64,000 nt of DNA from a virus. Lineage: Duplodnaviria; Caudoviricetes. Shown piece after piece: positions 45,056 to 55,432 of this stretch (position 1 is its first letter; every line of letters begins with the position of its first letter). The notes beneath the pieces were generated by a model, which did not search any database, was not told the origin of the DNA, and saw only the letters and a list, made by a program, of their open reading frames with translations. A program made the position numbers and the translations under genes. The stretch covers positions 10,576-74,575 of the IMG/VR virus record IMGVR_UViG_3300029818_000001; one strand, written 5' to 3'.

Positions 45056-48000
45056 AGTCAATTTTATCAGTAAGAACACACTTTAGTATTAAGGAAAGTA
45101 TTGTCGATCCAGCCACCATCGGTCAAGTCGCAAAAGAGTTGGGTTACGACGCTCTGGCTATTGTCGATACGATGTCCATCAATGGCTTGGTTGATGTCAC
45201 TAAGTCGTGCAAAAAGGCCGGTGTTAAGCCAATTATCGGCTGTCGATTAGCGATCTATGATGACCCATCTTTCAAACAGACGAAGAGCGATGCCAAGAAA
45301 AGCGAAAAGCCTAATGTGTGTTGGTATGCAACGGTCTACGTTAAGAATGAAGACGGCATGAAGGCGCTGATTAAAACGCTGTCGCGAGCCAACGAAGAAG
45401 ACTACTTTTATTACACGGCAAGACTCGGCCTAGAGGAGCTGATTGAATTACTTGTAACGGGCAATTTATTCTTTACATCGGGCGATTTTAACGGGCTTTT
45501 CGCGCATGACGACTATACCGCTATAGCCGATAGAATTTTCGGCGAAATAGACCCGCTGAATGCGTTTATTGAGCTAGTTCCTATCGACACTCCGCTCTAT
45601 GAAAAATCGAACAAAAGAGCGCTTGATTGTGCAGTTAAATACCCTGATGTGGGCGTGATCGCCGCCAAGCCGGTCTTCTATGTCGACAGTAAAGACGCGG
45701 ATTCTCTGGATATCATTAATGGCGTGATTTCAAATACACCCATCGACAATATCTTCTTCAAAAAGCCCTACATTCGGAATCTATCGCTGATTGACGCCAA
45801 TTCGCTGATTGACGACTGCGCCGAGAGATTTGGCGCAAGTCTAGTGGCGGATATATCGGCCAACATAGATCGCATCGCCTCCGAGTGCATCTATGAGTGG
45901 AGTGAAATGCCAATGTCGATGCCGGCGATGGCGGAAAATGAAATGTCGGAGCTGATCGCGCTGGTTAAGAAGGGTTGGTCTGAGCGCTTGATGAGACCTG
46001 TCTTGGGTCATCAGCCGACCGACTTAACGCTCTACAAGGAGCGTCTGCAATACGAGCTATCTGTGTTGAAGAAAATGGGCTTTGAGCGGTATTTTCTCGT
46101 GGTGTCCGATCTCATCCGATGGTCGAAAGAGAACAATATAAAGGTCGGGCCTGGTCGCGGGTCCGCTGCCGGCAGCTTGGTTTCTTATCTGCTCTACATC
46201 ACGGACTTGGACCCTATTCGCTTTGGTCTAATCTTTGAGCGATTCATTAACCCAGAGCGTATCGACTTGCCGGATATTGATATAGACTTCGCCTCATCGC
46301 AACGTGCGGAGGTAATTAACTACATCAAAAACAAGTATGGCGAAGAAAATGTGGCTGGCATTAGCAACTATGTGACATTAGGCTCAGCGTCGAGTCTTCG
46401 CGATATTGGTCGAATTCACAATCTATCGCCACTGGAGATGACCTGCACAAAGCTCATGCCTAAAGAGCATGGCGAGATGATCGATCTTGAAATAGCGGCA
46501 ACGATGGTGCCTGAAATTGAAAAGTTCAAACATAAGCACGGTCACATTTGGAATCATGCACTCAAGTTGGCGGGGCGCTTGCGTAATTACGGCAAACATG
46601 CGGCAGGCGTGGTAATTGCTGGCGAACCGGTGAACAACCGCGCGGTTATTGAGAGACGGGCCGGTGAGATGGTGGTGAATTGGGACCGCAATTCCGTTGA
46701 AAAATGGGGATTGATTAAGATCGATATCTTGGGCCTTGCGACGCTGGATATTCTTGACATTGTAATGGAGTCGGTGAAGCGTCTTGGCGTTTCGGTCGAT
46801 CTATTAAGTATCCCATTGGATGATGAGTCGACGTTGGATTTGTTTACACAAGGTCGGTCAGTTGGAGTTTTTCAGTTCGAGTCGTCAGGCATGAGACATC
46901 TTCTGAAAGAGTTGGGTAAATACGAGCGTCTGACCTTCGAAGATGTAGCGGCGGCGACCGCTCTGTTTAGACCTGGCCCCATTGATGCAGGTCTGATGGA
47001 CGACTATATTCAGATTAAGCAGGGCGCAGATCCTTATTATGACCATCCATCAATGGAAAGCGCTCTGAAGAATACCGGTGGGGTTATTATTTATCAGGAG
47101 CAGGTTATGCAGTTGGCTCGTGATGTGGCAGGGTTTACGATGCCAGAAGCGGACAAGCTGAGAAAAATCATGGGCAAGAAGCAAAAGGATGAAATGGCGG
47201 AAATGCGGGATAAGTGGGTTAAAGGCTGCGTGTCTACCTCTGAAATGCCAGAGCGCGAGGCTAATAATCTCTTTGATAAAATTGAAAAGTTCGCAGGCTA
47301 TGGCTTTAACATGAGCCATGCTGCCGCCTATTCGGTTATCTCGTATTGGGCGATGTGGTTTAAGGCGCATTATCCGCTTGATTTCTTCGCCGCCTCCATG
47401 TCGGTATTGAATGACGACAAGATGCCAGCTCTGGTTAAGGATGCTAACGCCAGCGGCATTGATATCTTGCCGCCTGACATCAATATATCCACAGACAAGT
47501 TCGAGATTGTCGAAAGTGAAGGCGAAAGAGCGCGAATTGTCACACCATTAAATCGCATCAAAGGGTTGTCGGATATTAGCGCCAGAGCGATCGTCAAGGC
47601 GAGAGAGAGCAATGGCGGACGATTTGCTCATGTGAGTGAGTTGGAAAGTCTGGTGGATCGCCGCAAGTGTAATTCGAGAACGATGACCAATCTCGATAAG
47701 GTCGGCGCCTTCGCCTCGATCATTTCAGGTTCATTGCCGGCCAATCATCCCGATCGTCTGAAGGATCAGTTGGAATTGCTGCCTGGTCTTTGCTCGAATA
47801 CCGTCTATGTGGATCGGGTGATGCCGCGCGACTCTCACACAATTAACTGCATTCGCAATATCTACATGGAAGCGAGAGCTTGCGATGGGTGCTCCTTAAC
47901 CGAGGGTGCTCATCCGTCACCGGCATTCGGCAAGAAGCCTAGAATTATGATTATTACCGATTGTCCGAACAACTCTGAGGATCAAAACAACAAGTTGATG

Positions 48001-48381
48001 ACGGGTGACGGCGCGAAGTTTGTTAAGTGGGCCTTGCAAGAAAATGGTCTAAAGCTTAACGATTGCTACTTCACGACGTTGGTTAAGTCGCAAAAAATTG
48101 GTAAGGCTCTATCGAATGAGCAAATTAACGCCTGCTCAAAATATTTAGATAGAGAGATCGAGGTATTAAAACCCTCGACCATCGTGTTGCTTGGAAATTC
48201 AGTCATACGTTACTTATTGCCGAGCGAGAAGAAGCCTAAGGATGCATTTGGCAAGATTATCTACTCGAAAGAGTTGGATGCGAACATAGTGGTGGGCATG
48301 AATCCGGCATTGATTTGGTTCGACCCCGACAAGCAAAACGATCTGGATGAATTGTTTGCAAAAGTGGCGGATTTACTATGA
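45052..48381 (+). CDS. dnaE: DNA polymerase III alpha (DnaE) with C-terminal UDG-like domain
   Basis: PHP region, GRGSAAGSL, PDIDIDF, KHAAG, KIDILG, GVFQFE, YGFNMSHA; C-terminal CxxC...LDREIEVLKPSTIVLLG. Confidence 0.95.
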   Translation: MKSILSVRTHFSIKESIVDPATIGQVAKELGYDALAIVDTMSINGLVDVTKSCKKAGVKPIIGCRLAIYDDPSFKQTKSDAKKSEKPNVCWYATVYVKNEDGMKALIKTLSRANEEDYFYYTARLGLEELIELLVTGNLFFTSGDFNGLFAHDDYTAIADRIFGEIDPLNAFIELVPIDTPLYEKSNKRALDCAVKYPDVGVIAAKPVFYVDSKDADSLDIINGVISNTPIDNIFFKKPYIRNLSLIDANSLIDDCAERFGASLVADISANIDRIASECIYEWSEMPMSMPAMAENEMSELIALVKKGWSERLMRPVLGHQPTDLTLYKERLQYELSVLKKMGFERYFLVVSDLIRWSKENNIKVGPGRGSAAGSLVSYLLYITDLDPIRFGLIFERFINPERIDLPDIDIDFASSQRAEVINYIKNKYGEENVAGISNYVTLGSASSLRDIGRIHNLSPLEMTCTKLMPKEHGEMIDLEIAATMVPEIEKFKHKHGHIWNHALKLAGRLRNYGKHAAGVVIAGEPVNNRAVIERRAGEMVVNWDRNSVEKWGLIKIDILGLATLDILDIVMESVKRLGVSVDLLSIPLDDESTLDLFTQGRSVGVFQFESSGMRHLLKELGKYERLTFEDVAAATALFRPGPIDAGLMDDYIQIKQGADPYYDHPSMESALKNTGGVIIYQEQVMQLARDVAGFTMPEADKLRKIMGKKQKDEMAEMRDKWVKGCVSTSEMPEREANNLFDKIEKFAGYGFNMSHAAAYSVISYWAMWFKAHYPLDFFAASMSVLNDDKMPALVKDANASGIDILPPDINISTDKFEIVESEGERARIVTPLNRIKGLSDISARAIVKARESNGGRFAHVSELESLVDRRKCNSRTMTNLDKVGAFASIISGSLPANHPDRLKDQLELLPGLCSNTVYVDRVMPRDSHTINCIRNIYMEARACDGCSLTEGAHPSPAFGKKPRIMIITDCPNNSEDQNNKLMTGDGAKFVKWALQENGLKLNDCYFTTLVKSQKIGKALSNEQINACSKYLDREIEVLKPSTIVLLGNSVIRYLLPSEKKPKDAFGKIIYSKELDANIVVGMNPALIWFDPDKQNDLDELFAKVADLL

Positions 48382-48647
48382 CCATCTATGACCATAAGAG
48401 AGCGTGGTTTGAAGAAAATACTCGAATAATATGGGGTAATAGTGAACTTGAGAGGCCGCTATTAGATGGTGGTGCATTGAATGATAATTCATTAAGAATA
48501 AAGCGCGAGTTAGAGCGAATATCGAGAGAGGGGCAGCTTGTCACTCAGGTATCTCAACCTAATTCCGCAAAGAGCGTTGAGATTAAGGTGTCGAAATGGG
48601 CGACGCCGGAATTTAAAATTAAACCGAAAAACTGGGGGAACTGGTGA
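48378..48647 (+). CDS. Hypothetical protein ending WGNW
   Basis: Coupled 89-aa ORF. Confidence 0.55.
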   Translation: MTIYDHKRAWFEENTRIIWGNSELERPLLDGGALNDNSLRIKRELERISREGQLVTQVSQPNSAKSVEIKVSKWATPEFKIKPKNWGNW

Positions 48648-48889
48648 TGGCTAAAAAAGTAACATTGGATATGCTGTTGCATAGAATAATTAAAGTGAGG
48701 CGTGAATCAATCGACAATGACGACTTTGACGACCCTCAGATAGAAATTATCATCAATGGGTTTGCTTTTATGGCGACGGTCGATAATTTTCAAATCGACA
48801 AAAGCGGCACGATTGAGATTAATCTACCTGAAATAGCCCTCACTAAGCATGATAAAGTAAGTCATCGGGTAACTAATAGAGAGGAGTAA
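48644..48889 (+). CDS. Hypothetical protein
   Basis: Coupled 81-aa ORF. Confidence 0.55.
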   Translation: MMAKKVTLDMLLHRIIKVRRESIDNDDFDDPQIEIIINGFAFMATVDNFQIDKSGTIEINLPEIALTKHDKVSHRVTNREE

Positions 48890-48893
48890 GTGA

Positions 48894-50852
48894 GTGATAA
48901 ATAAATACCAAAGAGAAAGCATTGCTCTGCTGGAGCAAACGCCGGAGCGGGTAATAAGAAGATTGGACGAAGACATTTTGATTGCGGTGATTAAAGCGTG
49001 CAATGTGGAATACAGAGGTGGTAAACCGATAGTCTCTGATTTATTTTACGATTCGGTGCTGATTGAGGAGCTACGCAGACGCGACCCTAATCATGAGTTC
49101 TTGAAAAGCGTTGAGCCAGAACCGGAATTAATCGAAGGCAAGACGGTTCAGTTGCCACAACGAATGCTGTCGACCGATAAGGCTTATTCGATCGACGCGA
49201 TTGAAAAGTGGGTGAATCGAGTCGCTAAAGAAGCGGCTGAGGTTGGTTTCGGTCGAAACGATCTGATATTTAAGGTGACGCCTAAGCTTGACGGGTTTGC
49301 GGCCTATGACGATGGCGAACGACTTTACACGCGCGGCGACGGCTATAGAGGCACGGATATCACGCGAGCATTTGAGAATGGTCTTGACATTCTTGGTCGT
49401 TGCGTTAGCGACACTGATGAGGAGTTGCGCGGCAAAGGCCCGGGTGAAATCGTCGTATCGAAGGCTTATTTCGACGAGCATCTGTCTGACAAATACGAAA
49501 ACAGCAGAAATGTAATCGCCAGCGTGATTAAAGAAGGCGAGCTTGATATTGAAATCAAAACAGCCATTGCGAATAAAGCGATTTTATTTGCGCCTTTCTC
49601 GATGCTAAATTGCTGCGTCATTGACGCCAATGTCTTGCTTGAGGATTTCGAGCAAATTAGAGAGGAGATGCTTAATTCCATTTTCGATGTCGACGGCATA
49701 GTTATCGAATGCATCAATGAGCCAGTAAAGCAGCACATGAGTCACACCAGTCATCATCATCGTTGGCAAATCGCTTTCAAGGAAAATACCGAATATCACG
49801 ATATTGAAGTTGAAGGTTTAGCATGGCAAACATCGAAGACTGGCCGCATTACGCCAGTTGTTCAACTTAAGCCGACCAAAGTTTCGGGCGTAACTATCTC
49901 GCGAGCCACGGGCCATCATTATGGTAATGTGCAAAGTAAAGGTATCGACGCTGGGGCGGTCGTTAAAGTGTGTCGCAGCGGCTTAGTGATTCCCTATATT
50001 GAAAGCGTTGTTACGCCGGTGAGCGCCATAAATGTTCCAGCGTGGTGTCCAAGCTGTAGTGCGCCTACTCATATCGATGGCGACAATCTGCTATGCACCA
50101 ATACCGTCGATTGCCCTGCTCAAATCGAGCGCACCATTGAGTATTTCTTTAAAACCATCGGCAACTGCGACGGCTTCGGCCCAAAAATAATCCAGCAGTT
50201 AGTTGGGCAGTATCCCGATATTTCTATTATCGACGTTTACACAGGTGGCGGTGACACTCGTGGGATGAATAAGTATTTTGGTAGGGCCGGCATTGGTCAG
50301 GGTATTGGTAACAATCTCATCGACGAGCTTGAGCGAAGCAAAAAAGAGCCAATCGAAGACTGGCGCTTTCTTGCGGCCTTCTCAATCCCGAATGTCGGTA
50401 AGGGTGGCTGCGAGCGTCTTCTAAAACATCATCGTCTTGAAGATGTGTTCAATCTAACGGTTGACCAGATTGTTGAAATCGATGGTTTTGCCAAAAAAAC
50501 CGCTACGGCGCTTGTTGAGGCACTAGATCGCATAAAATCTAGTTTCGACGCGCTGTATTCGCTCGGTTTCAATCTAATTCGAACGCCACTAAATAGCGAA
50601 AAAACGGCGATTTCAAGCGCGATATCGAATAAAACGATTGTATTCACCGGCTCGATGAAATCGGGCAGCAGAGACGAATTACAGAGTGGGGCGAGGGCGC
50701 TCGGGGCTAATGTTGCTTCGTCTGTCACCAGTAAGACAGATTATTTGGTTTGCGGCGATAAGGTGGGCGCTTCGAAGACTGAAGCGGCTGTGAAAAAAGG
50801 CGTCAAAGTGTTGACAGAAGAGGTTTATTTAAAACTGTTGGGAGATTTATGA
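48894..50852 (+). CDS. ligA: NAD-dependent DNA ligase
   Basis: KLDG, TRGDG, VDGIV, IAFK, GRITPV, Zn finger CPSC..C..C, HhH, BRCT IVFTG. Confidence 0.95.
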   Translation: MINKYQRESIALLEQTPERVIRRLDEDILIAVIKACNVEYRGGKPIVSDLFYDSVLIEELRRRDPNHEFLKSVEPEPELIEGKTVQLPQRMLSTDKAYSIDAIEKWVNRVAKEAAEVGFGRNDLIFKVTPKLDGFAAYDDGERLYTRGDGYRGTDITRAFENGLDILGRCVSDTDEELRGKGPGEIVVSKAYFDEHLSDKYENSRNVIASVIKEGELDIEIKTAIANKAILFAPFSMLNCCVIDANVLLEDFEQIREEMLNSIFDVDGIVIECINEPVKQHMSHTSHHHRWQIAFKENTEYHDIEVEGLAWQTSKTGRITPVVQLKPTKVSGVTISRATGHHYGNVQSKGIDAGAVVKVCRSGLVIPYIESVVTPVSAINVPAWCPSCSAPTHIDGDNLLCTNTVDCPAQIERTIEYFFKTIGNCDGFGPKIIQQLVGQYPDISIIDVYTGGGDTRGMNKYFGRAGIGQGIGNNLIDELERSKKEPIEDWRFLAAFSIPNVGKGGCERLLKHHRLEDVFNLTVDQIVEIDGFAKKTATALVEALDRIKSSFDALYSLGFNLIRTPLNSEKTAISSAISNKTIVFTGSMKSGSRDELQSGARALGANVASSVTSKTDYLVCGDKVGASKTEAAVKKGVKVLTEEVYLKLLGDL

Positions 50853-51064
50853 GTTTAAAGAGACATGACGAACTAAGGGTAACTCTGACTGATGCAAGTG
50901 GTGTTCAGTTGGTGATTTACAAGGTAGAGGGTTTTCCCGATAGCGACCCTCACTTCTGTATTGGCGAGTTGGATGGTGAGCACTTTTTCTTCTCTCGTGA
51001 AGAGGTGAAAGAGCTTTTTAAGGCTATTGATGAGGTTGTTGTTAAAGGCACGGTAACGATGTAA
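50849..51064 (+). CDS. Small hypothetical protein
   Basis: Coupled 71-aa ORF. Confidence 0.5.
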   Translation: MSLKRHDELRVTLTDASGVQLVIYKVEGFPDSDPHFCIGELDGEHFFFSREEVKELFKAIDEVVVKGTVTM

Positions 51065-51086
51065 AGACATCGATAGCCAACAAAAT

Positions 51087-51102
51087 AAGTCATGGATGAC
51101 TA
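51087..51102. promoter_or_regulatory. Operator-like site
   Basis: AAGTCA-TGGA-TGACTA, overlapping TATACA. Confidence 0.65.
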
Positions 51103-51160
51103 TACAACCCTTAAGTGAACGACGATAATAGATATTCAAGACTAACAAGAGGAGTATTTT

Positions 51161-51718
51161 ATGTTTACTGAAGAAGAAATGGCTGAGGTTGAGTTTTTGG
51201 AGCAAGAAGAAAAGCTCAGAGGCAAGCCGGCGCCCAAGAAATCCGTCCGAGTATTTATCAATCCAGAGCAATTCAAAGAGGATGTGTCGATCAATCTGTC
51301 GGACTTAAATGGGTGCTTTTTAGAGCAGGCGTCTTTATTTGCGCACTACGGAATGATGGCGGCAAAAGCATCGGAACAGGCTGACAACCTTAAGATGATG
51401 CTTGAGATAAAAGAGGCTCAGTTGAATACGGAACATCGCGAAAGGCTGTTAATTTTTGGCGGCAAAGTTACCGAGCAGATGGTGACAAATGCAGTATTGA
51501 CCGATACTCGCTATATCAAGGTTAGAAAGGCGTATAACGAAGCGAAAGGTGTTTTGGAAATGCTTAAGACCGCGCCCGAGGCTTTTAGGCAGCGTCGGGA
51601 TATGCTGATTCAGATCGGCACCAACGCTCGTGAAGAAATGAAGGGCGATTTGTTCATGAAATCGAAAGAACAGAAGGATGCTGACTTGCGCGAACGCACT
51701 CGTAAGGCAGTTGCGTAG
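51161..51718 (+). CDS. Coiled-coil protein, possibly a UvsY-like recombination mediator
   Basis: Helical, AGGAG RBS, directly before the SSB-like gene. Confidence 0.45.
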   Translation: MFTEEEMAEVEFLEQEEKLRGKPAPKKSVRVFINPEQFKEDVSINLSDLNGCFLEQASLFAHYGMMAAKASEQADNLKMMLEIKEAQLNTEHRERLLIFGGKVTEQMVTNAVLTDTRYIKVRKAYNEAKGVLEMLKTAPEAFRQRRDMLIQIGTNAREEMKGDLFMKSKEQKDADLRERTRKAVA

Positions 51719-51743
51719 GCAGTCTCTTCCTACGATAGAAAAT

Positions 51744-51759
51744 AAGTCATAAATGACTT
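51744..51759. promoter_or_regulatory. Palindromic operator-like site (perfect) overlapping TATAAT
   Basis: AAGTCA-TAAA-TGACTT; TATAAT at 51759-51764. Confidence 0.7.
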
Positions 51760-51835
51760 ATAATTAACACGCTGAAAAGAGAAACAAGTTGGTCTCGAAA
51801 AGGCTCAATTAAACAAGCAAAAAAGGAAAAAAATT

Positions 51836-52678
51836 ATGTCTTCATTATTAGAAGCGCGTCGCGCATTGGCCCGTCAACAAAAAGCGGAAATTCAAGAAAA
51901 ATCCGGTCGTCGCGAAAGAGCGGTTCGCCCACCTGTCGGCAAATCAAAGTGGCGCATTTTGCCGAGCTGGAGAGGCCTTGAAGAGCCGCTGTTTGCTCAC
52001 GCCTTTGGGCAGCACTTCATCAAAGATAAAAACGGCGATATGGTCGCAGTTCATATGTGTTTGGACAAAACCTACGGTAAGCCGTGTCTCATTTGTGACT
52101 CAATTGCCCGAGGCATTCGTAGCGCTGAGGATGACGACACCATCAATCTGCTGAAGGAGTCACAATCTTCAGGCTCTTACCTTATGAATGCGCTGCGTAT
52201 CGACGGCGACGAGCCCACCACACCGGTATTACTGTCTTTATCTCCAACCACTTATGAAAAAGTGCTGGATTTAATCGATCAATACGCAGACGAAGGCGTC
52301 GATCTGCTTGACCCTAGCGAGGGTTACGACATTGTAATTAGCCGCACCGGCAAGGGTTTGAACACCAAATACGATGTCAATGCGGCGGTCAAGCCATCGA
52401 AGATTTCCAAGTCTGTTTTGGAAAATCTGAATGACTTGGACCTCTACGTCAAGCAAGAGCATGAAGCTACCGAACAAAAGGCGTTGAGCTTTATCGACAA
52501 GGTTGTAACCGGTAGAGCGGCGCTGCCTTCTTCCAAATCTGATGACGATGAAATGGAAGACATCTTGGAGGCTGACTTTGAGGAGACCTCTGAAGAAGAC
52601 TTGGATAAGTCGGTCAGCTCCAAAAAAGTGACAGACGATGAGTTGGATAGCATCTTAGGTGAGTTGAGCGATCTGTAA
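51836..52678 (+). CDS. Single-stranded DNA-binding protein (T4 gp32-like)
   Basis: WRILP, HF..C...G..CLIC Zn motif, GYDIVISRTG, acidic C-terminal tail. Confidence 0.8.
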   Translation: MSSLLEARRALARQQKAEIQEKSGRRERAVRPPVGKSKWRILPSWRGLEEPLFAHAFGQHFIKDKNGDMVAVHMCLDKTYGKPCLICDSIARGIRSAEDDDTINLLKESQSSGSYLMNALRIDGDEPTTPVLLSLSPTTYEKVLDLIDQYADEGVDLLDPSEGYDIVISRTGKGLNTKYDVNAAVKPSKISKSVLENLNDLDLYVKQEHEATEQKALSFIDKVVTGRAALPSSKSDDDEMEDILEADFEETSEEDLDKSVSSKKVTDDELDSILGELSDL

Positions 52679-52696
52679 GCCTTAGTCATTAACAGC

Positions 52697-52723
52697 GAAA
52701 GGGCTTAAGTGCCCCTTCTTTTT
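52697..52723 (+). terminator. Probable terminator after ssb
   Basis: GAAAGGGC-TTAAGT-GCCCCTTC followed by TTTTT. Confidence 0.65.
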
Positions 52724-52737
52724 CGGAGGATATTTTT

Positions 52738-53691
52738 ATGTTAATGATTGTGGATGCCAACAGCGTAGGGCATGCGGCAAATGCAGCGACACGCTTGACC
52801 GTTGGTGGCAAGCCCACTCAGGCGATCTTTGGCACACTTAATACTGTTCGCGATCTATCCGTTAAGTTTAAGCCGAGTGGGATTATGATGTTGTGGGATG
52901 GTCGGGCGCAATGGCGATACGATCTTTATCCCGAATACAAAGCAAATCGCAACCCCGATCCAAACAAGAAGTTAAAGCCTTACGAGATTAAAAAGCTAAA
53001 GCTTCGGGAGGATTATCACGCGCAAAGAGGTGATATCGCTCGCGGCTTGTCTTTATTGGGGATTACTCAAGTATTTCCAAAAGAAGATGAGGCGGATGAT
53101 TTGGCGGGCTATCTGACGGGTTCGCTCACAGGCGAAGTTATGCTGGTGTCGCGCGATCACGATTGGCTTCAGCTTGTAAAGAAAAATGTCTCTTGGTTTA
53201 ACCCTATCGATAACGAACTTGTGAAGCATTCAACCTTTGAAGCTTACACCGGCTATAAGCATGTTAGTCAGTTTGTGGCTGAGAAGGCTCTGATGGGCGA
53301 TACGTCGGACTTTATCAAAGGTGTGCCTGGCATTGGCGAAACTGCCGCGCCGTTAATTCTCAATCATTATCGAGGCGGCGTTGGTGAGTTAATTCAAGAA
53401 GTTAAGGTTGCCGGCGAGGCTTGGGAACCCCCGACTAAAGAGCTGAGGCGATACAGAAAGAAGATTATCGAGTTCGGCCTTAATAAGAATGGCGCTATGG
53501 ATGTTTTTTATCGCAATGTCAAATTAATGAGTTTGATAGATGCGCCAGCTCCGCGTAGAGGAACTGTGTCAGTAGTTAGAAGTGAGCTGAATGAGGGCGA
53601 CTTTTTGGAGTTTTGCGACGAGTTCGCCTTTTATTCAATCGTAAGAGAATCAGACAAGTGGCTGAGACCCTTTGTAAAAAGTGAGAATTAA
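52738..53691 (+). CDS. 5'-3' exonuclease/flap endonuclease (T4 RNase H-like)
   Basis: IVDAN, EADD, SRDHD, GDTSDFIKGVPGIG. Confidence 0.9.
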   Translation: MLMIVDANSVGHAANAATRLTVGGKPTQAIFGTLNTVRDLSVKFKPSGIMMLWDGRAQWRYDLYPEYKANRNPDPNKKLKPYEIKKLKLREDYHAQRGDIARGLSLLGITQVFPKEDEADDLAGYLTGSLTGEVMLVSRDHDWLQLVKKNVSWFNPIDNELVKHSTFEAYTGYKHVSQFVAEKALMGDTSDFIKGVPGIGETAAPLILNHYRGGVGELIQEVKVAGEAWEPPTKELRRYRKKIIEFGLNKNGAMDVFYRNVKLMSLIDAPAPRRGTVSVVRSELNEGDFLEFCDEFAFYSIVRESDKWLRPFVKSEN

Positions 53692-53692
53692 T

Positions 53693-54700
53693 ATGAGCGT
53701 AGTAGAGAGTTTAGCCAAAGCATTAGATAAAGAAATAGGTTTAAATGCAATATCTCAGGAGGTTACGAGATTTATAGATACAGGATACCCCCCTCTGAAC
53801 AAGATAATATCGGGTAGATATGACGGCGGCCTTCCATTTGGAAGAATGATGGAAATGTTTGGAGAGTCATCAACGGGCAAAACCTGCTTGGCAACGCAGT
53901 GGATGATTAATGCTCAAAGAATGGGCGGAATAGCGATATTTGTCGATTGGGAAAGATCATTCGACTTAGGCATGGCTAAACAGATGGGTTTAAATGACGA
54001 GCGGCCATACTGGATATACGTCAGACCGAAAACTTGGGAAGAGGGTAATCTCTTGGCTACTAGAGCGTGTAGAGCCATAAGAAACTCCGGTGCTATATCT
54101 GACGATGCTCCAATTCTTGTCGTTTATGATTCGATAGCCGCAGCCATACCGAAAGCAAGCAGCGACAAGGAAATAGATGAGCTGACGATGAATGATACAT
54201 CCGCTTTGGCAAGGGTGACTTCGACAACCCTGAAGGTTCAAGCTCAGTTCGCTGATGACTTCAATGCCACGTTTCTATATTTAAACCAAACGAGAGAAAA
54301 AATAGGCATTATGTTTGGCGATAAAGTGTCAACACCAGGTGGCAAAGCTATGGAGTTTTACTCAACGGTTAGACTGACCCTTTCAAGACAAAGAGTAATG
54401 GAGGAAAAGGGCAAAGAGAAGGAAATGATAGGTCAGAACATAAAAATCTCCTGCATAAAGTCAAAACTAACGGCTCCATTCAAGTCATGCTCTCTCAGAC
54501 TCTCATTTGACGAAATAGGTATGGCGAGTTTCGATAATATATGCAGTCTCGTGGAATATGCTCTTGAGCGCAAGATAATTTCTGGCGGGGCGTGGATTGA
54601 ATGGAATGGTCAAAAGTTTAATGGCAAGAAAAAGCTTATTGAGCATTTGAAGGAAGATGAGAGTGACCGTGTTAAGTTTACCGACGATGTTACTGCCTGA
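53693..54700 (+). CDS. recA: RecA/UvsX-like recombinase
   Basis: GESSTGKT, VDWERSFD, VYDSIAA, LNQTR, TPGGKAMEFYS. Confidence 0.92.
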   Translation: MSVVESLAKALDKEIGLNAISQEVTRFIDTGYPPLNKIISGRYDGGLPFGRMMEMFGESSTGKTCLATQWMINAQRMGGIAIFVDWERSFDLGMAKQMGLNDERPYWIYVRPKTWEEGNLLATRACRAIRNSGAISDDAPILVVYDSIAAAIPKASSDKEIDELTMNDTSALARVTSTTLKVQAQFADDFNATFLYLNQTREKIGIMFGDKVSTPGGKAMEFYSTVRLTLSRQRVMEEKGKEKEMIGQNIKISCIKSKLTAPFKSCSLRLSFDEIGMASFDNICSLVEYALERKIISGGAWIEWNGQKFNGKKKLIEHLKEDESDRVKFTDDVTA

Positions 54701-54772
54701 ATAATCGCCTACAGCTTGCTCTTTTAAGCATCGAAGCCAAAGTGTCAGCAATTCACCTAAAGAGACTAGACA

Positions 54773-55156
54773 ATGTGGGAGATAGAGAAATATAAAAAAG
54801 GCCGCCGTCTATATGGCGGCTTTTATTTTGACAAGGCCAGAAACATACGGGTTTATTTAGCTTATCGATGGCATCGCGAAATTTACCGATGCGGAGAGTC
54901 CACCGTATCTGATGCGCTAAGAAAGAAGGTGGCATGCTGGGCGATCGATTGCGAAACATTGCAATTAGCTAAAATCAAAGGTGTGCAATTTGTAGGCGTC
55001 AAACTGAAGGATGACGATAGTTTGTTTTTAGCACCTATCGAGGCATTCTACGACCCTAAAAACATTAAGATTTTAAATTATTCCAACCGAGGCGGGTCGC
55101 ATCAGCGCTATCTGCCTCTATCTCAATTCAGAACGCTACTAAAGATGAAACTATAG
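54773..55156 (+). CDS. Hypothetical protein
   Basis: 127-aa basic/aromatic ORF. Confidence 0.6.
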   Translation: MWEIEKYKKGRRLYGGFYFDKARNIRVYLAYRWHREIYRCGESTVSDALRKKVACWAIDCETLQLAKIKGVQFVGVKLKDDDSLFLAPIEAFYDPKNIKILNYSNRGGSHQRYLPLSQFRTLLKMKL

Positions 55157-55234
55157 CAATTACCAGACATTTGCTCTAGCACTCCCTGATTGCGCGTGAG
55201 AAAATAAGTCGCTAATAACAAAAAGAGATTAATT

Positions 55235-55432
55235 ATGAGCAATGCGGGAGACATCTTAAACAGGCCGCTACCTATGGATGTATGGGAAGAAGTTTACCAG
55301 GATGAGCTGGAGATTGAGGCGGCAGAAAGTGGGCAGGATAGAGAGCTTGGCTTTGACTATGACCGTTTTGTAGAAAGGCGCTACGGGCAATATGTAAAGG
55401 AATTTCAGTCGGCAAGAAGTGAGAGCAAATAA
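55235..55432 (+). CDS. Small acidic hypothetical protein
   Basis: 65 aa with RBS. Confidence 0.5.
   Translation: MSNAGDILNRPLPMDVWEEVYQDELEIEAAESGQDRELGFDYDRFVERRYGQYVKEFQSARSESK

Noticed and set aside
48859-48875. AAGTCA-TCGGG-TAACTA near the ligase start
   Set aside because: 5-bp spacer and degenerate right half; not counted among the operators.
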